From Podarcis vaucheri (Eukaryota): a stretch of 64,000 nucleotides of DNA. The notes below the pieces were generated by a model. It was given only the letters and a program-made list of their open reading frames with translations, was not told the origin of the DNA and ran no database searches. The stretch lies in the NCBI GenBank assembly GCA_965113315.1, contig OZ220377.1; one strand, 5' to 3'. Of the stretch, positions 27,611-39,053 are shown one piece after another. Positions within the stretch are counted from its first letter, which is position 1. Every line of letters starts with the position of its first letter. The position numbers and the translations under genes are program-made.

Positions 27611-27857
27611 TGTTATATACTGAAGTTCTCACCCTCTGCCAGCAGGGGGATACTGTAGATAGTTATGCAAATAAGGGATCGAAAGTGACGTTCAGTGATT
27701 GGATAGTTTTAAAAAATTGTTACAGTTACATTGTACTGGAGCTCTATATAAGCAGGCTGACTGAACCCTTCAGTTCAGTTCTGTCCTGGCCTGTGAATAA
27801 ACAAGAGCTGTTTGAAGAATCGCTGTGTCGTCTGATATGTTCACCCACAACTTAACA
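27611..27857 (+). mobile_element. Solo LTR (247 bp) with 5-bp TSD
   Basis: TGTTA...TAACA termini; TSD CACCA at 27606-27610 and 27858-27862; TATATAA 27745, AATAAA 27796. Confidence 0.88.
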
Positions 27858-28599
27858 CACCAGGAGATTCTTCTTTCATGTGTATAGGATTGCAGCCTTT
27901 GATATTACTTTAGCTATATGGCAGTTACGGCTCCCATGCAGCTAGAGGCAACATTAAAGAGCCCCCTTTTCACAACCATAAAGGGTAAAACCTTAAAAAA
28001 AAGTAAAGAAAACTTGATTTTGAGGTGGGAGGAAATAAAAGATGTCTGCTTTTCAGGTAAAATAATTCTGTCTGATTATAAGCAACAGTAGCCCAGTCAA
28101 TTGCAAAGGAGCTTTCCCCGCTGCCCCATCCTTAACCCCATCTTGTTGTCTTCTGTAAGCTTAAAGACTTAGGTTTCACTCCTGAAAATCTGCTCCCTTC
28201 CTCAAAACACTGGGATAGGAGAATGCTGGTAAAACCATTTCCTGTCATTACAGTGTAGACCTGTAATTTGCAAAGGAGCTCCCCATTCCCCCTTCTGATC
28301 CTGGATTTTTTACATTAGATAGAGGTGTACGTTTCAGTTTTGCAAAGCTGTTCCCTTTCCTCTACTCCTCTTCCCCACTTTAGCCTCTTCTTTCTATGGG
28401 AAGCTTAGAGATATAGTTTCACTTTTAGCAGATGCTTTTCTGCAGGGTTTTTAAAATAAATAAATAAATAAATAAATCTGGTCCACCAAGGCACCATGAA
28501 GGGCTTCACCATCCCTGCCTTGCTTTGGACAAACCCAACATCACCTCAACTCAGGATTCAGGATTAGCTTTAGAAAGCCATTCCACTTCCGAATGGGAT

Positions 28600-29286
28600 G
28601 GTGTTGCGGCTGGATCACGTGGCCTCCACACACATCGGGGGCCGGCGAAGCCCCGCGATATGGCCCCCGGCCAGCCAACCCAACTGGCCGGGGGGTGGCT
28701 TACCCCCCTTTTAAACCGCAGCGCGGCAAGGGGATCTCCCTCTTGTTCCAGCTTCCACAGATCTCCCGCCCTCCCGCCCTCTTTTCATGCATTGACTATA
28801 TTGGCCTTGCTATGGACCTCGGTTGGTCGCCGTTGAGGGGCCTGGTAGGAATTTTTCCACTTGGCAAATTGGCACTGGCCATTTGGTTTTCGCCTACCTC
28901 GTAACAAATGCCACAACTTTGTAAGGTTTGGTGGTTAGGCATTGGTAAAACCTTGTTCAGGGGAGGGGAGGTGTGGCCATCACCTGCCCCTCCATGCTAA
29001 AGGGTATTCTGTTAAAGGAATCTGAGGGGCATAGTCTCTGTCCGAAGCCCAGACAGTGGCTAGGGCCATGGCATGACCCTGGGGGAGATCCTAGTTGATG
29101 TGCATCAGCAGGGCTCCCCCTACTGGTGGTAAACCCTTGTGAGACTTCCTGCAGGTGGGCAGGAGTCAGATATAGTCAGTTCAGTTCCAGTGCCTAAGCC
29201 AATACCACTCACATTCTGTAACCAATAAAGTTGTGGCCTAAATTTTGCCCATTAACCTAAAATATGGTGCCCATGTGTTATTATTC
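28600..29286 (+). mobile_element. CpG-rich retroelement terminal repeat, probably DIRS/Ngaro-like
   Basis: Abrupt GC/CpG rise, ctcccgccctcccgccc, and an end at ccaataaagttgtggcc... resembling Ngaro/DIRS termini as I recall them. The family call is uncertain. Confidence 0.45.
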
Positions 29287-29768
29287 AACATGATGTGGGG
29301 GCATGGGTTCTTGACACACAACAAAACCCTCTGGAACATGCAGTTGTTCTGTTTTGATTTCTGCACACTGTGGAGACTGTTGCACCTGCAGAGTTTGCCA
29401 CAGGAGTAATTTCTTTCCATTTCTTCTGCCTCCCCTCTGCACGTTGATCAAACAAAGCCTCTCTTCCTCCTCACAGAGGGGAGGTATTGTGAGCAGGAAC
29501 TGTTCCCGCGGCAGCAGGGGGGCATGTTTGGCCCCCTGCGTCATCTCCCAGCTGCCGTGCTGCCCCCTTGGCTGGCCAGCCAGTAGGGCTGGTCTGGGGG
29601 AGGGGCTTAGCTGCATTCAAGCAGCTGTGGCAGCCTCCGCGCCACATTCAGCCCTCGGAAGACGACAGATCAAGACCCTGGAAGAGCTCATCATCTTCGG
29701 CTGGTTGGGAGTGTGCAGGCAGTGTGAGCCAGGAGGAACAATGGTGGAATTGAACTAAGGAACTAAGG

Positions 29769-29817
<49 letters not shown>

Positions 29818-29855
29818 CCTGCCCATCTGACTGGGTTTCCCCAGCCACTCTGGGA
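29769..29855 (-). mobile_element. (AAT)n tail with short L2-type 3' terminus
   Basis: (AAT)n followed by ccctgcccatctgactgggtttccccagccactctggg. Confidence 0.7.
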
Positions 29856-29864
29856 GAATCCATT

Positions 29865-30460
29865 CATTGTATGGTTCTGCATCTCAATATGGAGGTGTAG
29901 AACTGGAAAATGTGCCAGATAAGACAACCACAATTATAGTGACAGGAGGGGGCTTGATTGAGGTCCTTAGCTTTATGCACAGTGGAGAGAAAGTGAATTG
30001 AGAGAGCTTTCTCTCATAATATTAGAATTCAGGGCACTGGCGGAAGAAGAGGAGTGTGGGGGGAGTGTACCGCCCCCGGCAGCGTGATCCCCAGGGTGCC
30101 ATTGTGCCCCCCCCCCGTGCTGGGCACCACACCCCCGCAGGTGGCGCGCCCCCGGGCAGTGTGCTCCGCCCCGAGACGTGCACCAGCCCCGCCCTCGCCT
30201 GCTCTCCGCCACTGATTCAGGGTCATCCAATGAAACTGACCAGAAGGCGATTCAGAATAGACAAGCTGAAGTACTTCTTCACACAGTACTATGGAATTCA
30301 CTGCCAGAAGATGTAGTTCACATCTTCACCAAATATTTAAAGCAATGTAAAGCATTTGGCTTCCCCTAAAAAAAAATAATCAAAAAGTTGGGGAACTTAG
30401 TGGAAGAGGACTTTTGCTCCTGTCCTCTGGTTGTGGGCTTCCCAGAGGCATCCGGTTGTT
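29865..30460 (+). mobile_element. CR1 LINE 3' fragment, interrupted by a hAT MITE
   Basis: Reads RIQG|HPMKLTRRRFRIDKLKYFFTQ across the insertion, matching the CR1 ORF2 C-terminal motif TRGH..KL...RFR.D.RKYFFTQR. Confidence 0.8.
30035..30214. mobile_element. Young GC-rich hAT MITE with 8-bp TSD
   Basis: TIR CACTGGCGGA...TCCGCCACTG (1 mismatch); TSD ATTCAGGG at 30027-30034 and 30215-30222. Confidence 0.9.
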
Positions 30461-32041
30461 CTTTAGCAATAAGATACCTGCTGTGTAATAGAATGCATGT
30501 CAGTAGAATAATATATTAATGGTTGCACTCATGTACAAATTGCAGCAAGTCAGTGAGCAGGGGCAATATAAGCCCCTGTTCATACATTGTTTGCCAGCAA
30601 AACTGGCAAGACGGATATTACAGAAAATGTCTAACTGTTTGTGACTGAATCCCAGATGGGGTGTAGTGGGTTAGAGTGTTGGACTAAGCCCCAAGAGACT
30701 GGGGCTCAAATCTCCACTCAGCCATCAAGCTCACTGCGTGATTATTTAGGTCACAGTCAAGTTCACTGGTGCATTTCATTTTTGGTTATTCATAAATTTT
30801 TGGTGTGGGATTTGCAGCATTTATTTGCAAATGTTGACGTTCAGGAGCTTTCAGATATTCATTGTTGTTGTTGTTACTACTGCTACTACTAGCATTTCAA
30901 TTTAGCCATGCTATAACCAATAACACTCAACAAAAAAGCAGCAAAACTAGCATGCATCATTCATATATGACTACTGTCATCATATGATTTGTGCTTTGGA
31001 ATAAATTCCAGCTTGCAAAAACACCCTGAGAATCATGTTCTGATTCTTGACCAAAACAAGCTTACCAGACACTCTTTAGAAAGGGTGTCCTTTATGTAAC
31101 TTGATGACTTCATCCTGCTGAATTGCAAGGTGAGCTGTTATGTGCCCCTTGCTTGCACATTTAAGATCTTTAATGCACTGGGTGTTCTTTAATAAATACA
31201 GGAGTAGCCAAAAGTCTTAAGAGCATTACAAAAGCTTTGCTGGATCAGATCAAAGGTCCTTCTAGCCCAGCAATCTTTTTCTCCACAGTGGCTAGCTGCT
31301 AGCATCTTCCAGCAAGCTCCTCAGCAGGGCACAAAGGCGATACCCTCCCCCTGCTGTTTAAGGGCTTGGCATGTGCTGACTCTCATGCTAGCTAACATCA
31401 ATGGGGCTTCCCCTCATTTCCCTCAGTGATGCTCTCATTGCTCAGAGCAAGTGCTTCAATTTCTTATTGTCCCAGTTTTAAATTTAGTCCTCCACATTTC
31501 CACGTCAGTTTGCAATTTAAATTTTTTAAAAGTCCTCTGGAAAACTGTCAGTATTTTTGTCTGACTTTCTCCTATACAGTTGATATCTGCAAATACCTAC
31601 ATTTCTGCAAAGAAATTTCTACTAACATAATACATTTCTGTATGTTATTTACAGTAATATGCACATGTAAACACATGCTTTTAGTATGTGCATATTTGTA
31701 CATGTTGCTTTGGCAGACGACTGCTTTGCAAACTTTGGATAGGTTTGAGTTTTGAAGGATCATAGACTCATAGAATCATAGAGCTGGAAGGGACCATGAG
31801 CACCATCTAGTCCACTGCCCCCTACAATTCAGCAATCCTTTGCCCAGTGTGGGGCACGTATTCTAACAGTGGTTATTGTTTCAGAAAGTTCACCTTTGAA
31901 TATGCCCCTGGTACTACTGGTACTATTTCTGTCCTCAAAACAGGCCTGTGAGGTGGGCTAGGAAGAGAAAAAATATCACCAATATCACCCAGTGTGCCGC
32001 ATAGCTAAATAGGGGTTTGAATGCAGGTATTCCAGGTTCTA

Positions 32042-32416
32042 CTAGGACTCGGGTGGCACTGTGGTCTAAACCACAGAGCCTAGGGCTTGTCAATCAGAAG
32101 GTTGGCGGTTCGAATCCCCACGATGGGGTGAGCTCCCATACCTCGGTCCCTGCTCCTGTCAACTTAGCAGTTCCAAAGCACGTCAGAGTGCGAGTAGATA
32201 AATAGGTATCGCTCCGGCAGGAAGGTAAATGGCGTTTATATGCACTGCTCTGGTTTTGCCAAAATCGGCTTAGTCATGCTGGCCACATGACCCAGAAGCT
32301 GTCTGCGGATAAATGCCGGCTCCCTCGGCCAGTAAAGCAAGATGAGCGCCACAACCCCAGAGTTCTCTGTGACTGGACCTAACGGTCAGGGGTCCCTTTA
32401 CCCCTTTACCTTTACC
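32042..32416 (+). mobile_element. Full-length Sauria SINE (Squam1)
   Basis: A-box ggtggcactgtgg, B-box ggttcgaatccc, (ACCTTT)n tail. Degenerate TSD tattcYRggttcta at 32028-32041 and 32417-32430. Confidence 0.92.
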
Positions 32417-33329
32417 TATTCTGGGTTCTAATCTAATTATCTACAACCTCCTCTTACTGAAGCCTAACCTCCACGTAGGTAAGTCCCTCTGCCTCTGCTG
32501 TGAGTTTCCATTCCTTTGGTTATGTTTACTACAGCTGTGGGAGTTCTCTGTTTGCTGGAGCCTGACTTTTTGCCAGTGCTGCCTTTGTAAGGGCCAGCTT
32601 GTCTGTTCTATTGATTTTCGAAGCTTGATTGGTATTCCATGCTTAGGTGATTTGGGAAAATGTACACAGAGTCCTTGACTTCATAGGCAAATGCCTTTTA
32701 AATATGATGTTCCATAATGCTTACAGGTGCAGTATTGCCGATGGCTGCACTTCCCAGGTGTGCATTGAGAAATGGACTTGCTTTGCATAGTAGTTCTTTA
32801 GACTGTTCAAAAATGCATGGAGGGGCAGTGGGTTTATTATTTACTTACTATTTATTCCATAAAATTTCTACACTGCTTCAGTGAAAAAAAAACAAACGAA
32901 GCATCCAAGCAGTTTGCAAAAAAATGAAATAATGAAAAAAATTACAACAATACTTTAAGAAAACAATACTTTAAAACATGCAAAAAATACTAAAACAGAT
33001 TAAAATTAAAAACAACTTTCTAAGCATCTGGGTAGGTTTGTCTAAACAATAATGTTTTTACCTGGCACTGAAAAGAATGCTTATTGTTCACCCCACCCAC
33101 ATCACCAATGACTACATGTTAACAGGCTCTGTATATTGCAACTTGCATGTAAAGTAGGAAACATGGCCGCCCTATCAGAAGTAAAAGAGGCAGTGCACCC
33201 AAGCAGGACTTTCCCCACTGACTTCCCCCAGTAACTGGTATCTGGAGCTGTGGTACCTCTCATCCTGGATTAGGGACCCTGCTTTTCCCTGAATACGCAG
33301 TAGTGCATAGAGCTTGTATGTGCATAAGC

Positions 33330-33560
33330 TCTGTGATCAATAGATGGCACAGTCCCATCCACCCATCTTTGGGGAAGTGCTGTGGTGTGCAGAAGGTCCC
33401 AGGTTCAATAGCTGGCATCTCCAGGCAGGAGAGGGAGGGACTCGTATCTGAATAGCTCAGTTGGTTAGAGTGGTGCTGAAACCCCAGAGAGCCATTGCCA
33501 GTCAATGTAGACAGAACTGAACGAGATGGACCAGTGCTCTGACTGACAAGGCTTCTTTTT
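33330..33560 (+). mobile_element. tRNA-derived SINE with CR1-like tail (Squam3-like)
   Basis: gcagaaggtcccaggttcaat...ggcatctccagg...gatggacca..ctctgact. Confidence 0.65.
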
Positions 33561-33901
33561 ATATTCATATGTATTCAAAATAGGGCCTTTTAGGACGTCT
33601 GAAAAGAGTTTGTGATACTTTCTGATATAGGAAATGAAATTTAAGGCCATTTGCAGTTTGCTGGCATATTACAATGCCAAGACCCAAGGAGTCTTCCAGT
33701 TCTTAGGATGCTTTGCTAAATGAAATTAATGCAAGGCAGAAAGATCTTGTCCCTCAATGAAGGAATAAGCCCCGCAGGACACAATTTCATTTTGCCAAAA
33801 TAGAATAGAATTTTAAACTCAGCTGATTAATTAATGCATCAAACACGGATCTCTGAAAGTAATTTGTCTGCCTTGTCTTCCCCTGCCTTTTTAATACGCA
33901 G

Positions 33902-34019
33902 GTTGTGTTATCAACAACGGTGAATGTCGATGGGCACGTACTGGCGGTATCTGACAACATGTTTGTTCACAACAACTCAAAACACGGACGGAGGGCGAGA
34001 AGGCTTGATCCGTCTGAAG
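33902..34019 (+). CDS. EBF2: EBF2 exon 8: [39 protein letters not shown]
   Basis: Acceptor ...tttttaatacgcAG, donor GTATGG, 118 nt (phase 0 to 1), in frame with exon 7. End of the COE DBD plus basic NLS-like stretch. Confidence 0.97.
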
Positions 34020-34879
34020 GTATGGCCCTTTATCTGGGGTGGGGATGGGGAAGGAAAGGGAAGTATTGTCCAAAATATGTCACATAATCAAGGTGGAGAG
34101 AAAACAGCAGTGTGTGCAAGATGAAGAAGGAATGCAAATGCTATTTACCAGGGAGACACCTGATTTTCTGGTAATTGTCCCAAGTAACTCCCTATAGCTA
34201 TTTTACCCCTCTTTTCCTTTTGAAAATGTTTAAAGGTCTCTTTTAAAAATTGTGTTGCCGTGGGCAGCTGGAGTTACCAATCATCAACCCTTCCTCACCC
34301 CCCTCTGTGTCTTCAAACATTAACAATGCAATCCTATACAGAGCAAGCATAGCCTTTTTACTTACTCTCGGGCACCTCAATGGTTCTTAATTCCAAGAAA
34401 ACCTGCACAGGGTTGTGTTTTAAATCCCAGATTGGAGGCATGGTGGCTGCACCCTATCTTTAGTGAAAATCTAAACGTGCACACATAAGCACTAGGTCTC
34501 ACTCATCCCAGCTGGAAAGGTCATTTTTGAATTGTTGCTTGCAAATACATATTTCTCCTATGTTGGGGCAAGAAACCCTTTTCAGCCAGAGGGTTGCATT
34601 CCCTTCTGGACAACCACCCAAGGGCCACTTCCCAGTGGTGAGTGGGGCAAAAAGCAAAAGAGGGCAGAGCAACAAACGTAAAAGTTATTTTTGGACAGTA
34701 GGCTGGTTTCTACACAAACTCACACACTCCTTGGTATCCTCCATCCAGATGAGCAAATTAAGGCAAGGAATAGCTTGCATTCCAAGGAAATCTATTCCAT
34801 TAATATCACATGTTAGCTTGGCCCTCCTCTGTAGTGTGTAGTTGAGCAATTAGTTTGGCTAATTTACTAATGTTGCTAA

Positions 34880-35198
34880 GATCCGAAGGGAAAAGCATCT
34901 GCTTTCCATGCAGAAGATCCCAGGTCTAGGCCCTGGCATCGCCAGGTAGGGATGGAAGAGATCCTAGTCTGAAATCCTGGACAGCCACTGACAGTCAGTA
35001 TAGACAATAGGTGGACCAATGGTCTGATTAAATATAAGGAAAAGGCCATAACTTGAATATGGAAAATTCCAACTTCAATCCCTGCTATCTCCTCATATGG
35101 TTGGGAGAAAGCCTGATCTGATATCCTGGGAAGCCTCTGCCAGTCAGTGTACTGCTCTGGATGGACCAATCAGTGTATTGTGACAGTTCCCCATGTTC
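34880..35198 (+). mobile_element. Two tandem Squam3-like SINE copies
   Basis: The motif series ...ggcatc.ccagg...tgaaatcctgg...cagtcagt...ggtggaccaat appears twice. Confidence 0.6.
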
Positions 35199-38100
35199 CC
35201 ATCAGCTTATGGATTACCTTGCTTTTATAAGGAGGCAACCCTTGTGAGTGAGATCAGCAACCTGCATAACATCTAAAGTTGACCAATCCTTTTGTATCAT
35301 TAAAATCTGGCGGTCTCACTCTGCATTCTAGTTGCTTCTTCAGGACAGAGCAGCTGAGAGGCAATGTGCTAAATATTCCACAAAAGAATTTCAGACTTCG
35401 TTGCTCAGCTGGGCTTGACTTGATTTTGAGCAAATCAAGCAACATGACATCTTAGTTAAACAGAAATGTAACAGCACAAGATGTGTATGAAAAAGTGTCA
35501 GCCGTTCCCTTAAACAAACTGCGGGAAACGTAACAATGCGCAGAAGGGAACTGACACTAATTGATTTTCGTTTGTTTGGCTAAGCGAGGAATCACCATCG
35601 TCTGCAGGCTGTATTTTCAAGCAATTACAAATCACTGGATCTGCTAAGCTTCAAATTGGATAATCGCCTACACTCTTGCCAGCCCCATTCTGGCACCAGT
35701 TAAAAATAACTAGAGAAGCCCCTCTTGGCCCTCTCCTTGCAGCTAGTGAAAGTGAGAAGACTTTGTGACGTTACGAGAAGAGACAAGTTAGTCTATTATT
35801 TCATTAGGGTGTTTTGTTGCGTCCCTCCCTTTTAAAATGTGCCCTGCATCAACCTAAAGGAGAATTAATGAACTGGAAGAAAATGATTGAATCAGTAAAG
35901 AATTCGGAGCAGTGTTAATTCTCCCCCAGCGGGCAGTGAAATGGTAGAAGGAAACTCCCAAGATTCCAAAGCTAGGAAGCCTTCCAGTTTTTCCTTGACT
36001 GATTGAATGTGATTGACTGGCTGTTCAAAGGAGTCTCGTATTTTTGGAGCCCTGCCAAAGCTCCCTTCCACCTCTGACCTTGTCAACATTGGGAATGGAG
36101 TGATGGATTGACTTTGGTTATGGACTGGAAAACCATATTGGGATCTTGATGGGATGTATAGTCCAGAGGCCCTGAACGTATGAAAGAGGTTGGAGGGAGG
36201 GGGAGTGTGTGTGTGTGTAGAGGGAAATACCCTATCCTATGAAAGCCAGAAATTCTTAAAATGAATTTTATTACCTATGATCTATTTATTACATTTGTAT
36301 ACAGCTCTTCAGTTTATATCCCCCTGGATGGCTTGGGGGTGGGAAGGGGGGGTAACACAGTCATTAAAATGTATATACACCAGGGACAAAACACAAGATG
36401 TAAAATGTAGATATCTCTTGTAGTAATAGTGGGATGAATGCAGGAGATTTTTTTATTTTTATTTTTACTTATGCAAACCATTAATAAACCCAGCCTATTG
36501 ATACCTACTTGTTTTTATTTATTTTTTAAATTATATTGCACCATCAAATTCCCTGGGGCGTCACAGAGTTGAACTTGCTTCTGAGTAGACACGGATAGGA
36601 TTGCACTCTTGCAAGCTTAAGAATGTAATCCTAAGCACACTTACTAGGAAGTCACACTTATAGCAGGACTTGCTTCCAAGCAAAAATGTACAGGACTACA
36701 GTGAAAATGCTTAATATAAATGTTGTGTATTGTTATTAGCCTGTCGACACTGATGCTTATATTTCTACTTGGTGCTGCCTTATGCTGGTTCAAGACCACT
36801 GATGCATCTAATCAATTACTATCAGTTTTGACTGGCAGCTGACTCTCAGGGCTCTCAGGCAGGGGTTTCTCACCATCCTGCTACCTGAGCTCTTTTAACT
36901 CAAGATGCCATGAAGGAGCCTGGGACATCCCACATGCAAAACATGTGACCTACCGCTGAGCTAATTCATACTTCACTGCAGCTGGCTCTGTTGCCCCTCC
37001 AGTCGGACAGATATTAACATTTTGTGGACTGGTGCAAGGCAACATGATTCCCCAGCTGTCACCTTACCAGCACCAGAAGTTTAACTTCTAGCAGGGAATG
37101 TACGAAGTTATTCTGCAATGAATATCCTACACACTCACTAGAAGGGCATATCTGAACGAGGGATGGGGGTCAGAATCCACTTTGCTTCTCATTTTGACAT
37201 GAATCTACCTCATCCACACTTCCTGAAACAGTATACATGTGTAAATACAGCTCTCCTTCAAAATGCATCCTCCTCCAAAGTTTGCAGTACTGTTCTCCAA
37301 CCAAAAAATGCATTCTAAAACTGAACTTTTGCAAGGACTGTTTTTCTTAAGAACAATAATAACAATGCAAACTGATGTGGGAATCTAGTAAACTGAATGC
37401 AAGACTGGCGGGGGGGAGGGGGATAGAAGCTGAGAGAAACAGAGTTGGCCATCCCTAGTAAGAGCATAAAAACACAAGAAGTGTTTTGCTGGGGCAAACT
37501 ATGCAGTTCAGTACCCCATTTTCTAGAGTGGTCAACTAGATGCATTCATGAAATGAAATCCATAGTTAAACTATGTGCCCTGTGAAGAAAAGGCTTTGTT
37601 TTGTGTGTCCAGAATTTCCCACCACATTGTGTGACCCCTGGCAAGGCTGGCCCAGGACATTTTGCTGCCTGAGGCAAAGGAGAAGGTTGTGCCCTTCTCC
37701 CCATCCCATATGCGGAAGCTGAGCGGACTGTCCGTTGAATGGTGATGAAAGAGCATCCTCCATCACACCTGAGATGGCTTGCTGGATTAGAGAGCACAAG
37801 GCAGGGCAGCTTGGAAGCATAGGGCCACATGTGTGGCACAACAGAGGGGAAAGCGCACACACACACCCCTGCTCATCCACTGCCCTAGTGGTGGGGCTGA
37901 CCCAGGCTCCAGGTTCGATTATTAATTAAGAGAGAGGCAGAAAAAATGTCTCTTCATTCACTTTCTCAATGATGCATCATTTTATGTATACACACCCTTG
38001 CCTCCCCCCCCCCCCAAATCCAGAAGCCCAAATGTTTTCATAGGGGAGTTTTTCTCCAGCTCCTTAATATTTTGTGTTGCCCTTTTCTTCCCCATGGTGA

Positions 38101-38702
38101 ATTTGTACCCTAGATTTGTATGAAAGCATTGCAATTTTATTTCCAGTTCTTTTTTTACTGATGCCTTACATGAGATTCATCTTTTTCACAGGCTAGGGAT
38201 GTCTAAGGGATAATTCTCAGCACCCACACCAGACTTCAATTCCCAGAATTCATTAGGGATGTCATAAGAGTTAAACTGGTGTAGAACCAATATATTTTTG
38301 TAGTCTGGATCTGCTTCAATTGAATGATAGCAAGTGAACTTTTTAGGATGGCAAAGAAGAATGTAGAAGTTCTCCAGAATCCACAGAGTTTATATCTATG
38401 CTATAAAAGCCCAGGGGAGAAAATGTTAACTTTTCTGAAGTTTCTGGCAATAGAACGATTGTTATTTAACCCAACTTTCACTGCTTATATTTACTTTGCT
38501 GTTCTCCAGATGTTGTAGGACTCTATCTCCCATCAATCATAGCCAACATGGCTAGTAGCCAGGGGAACATCTGGCCCCCTGAATGTTGCTGGACTATGAG
38601 TCCCATCATCCCTGACTCCCACTGACCCATGATGGCTGGGGATGATGGGAAATGGAGTCCAATAACATCTGGAAGTTCCAAAGGTTTTAACCCCTGGAGT
38701 AA

Positions 38703-39053
<351 letters not shown>

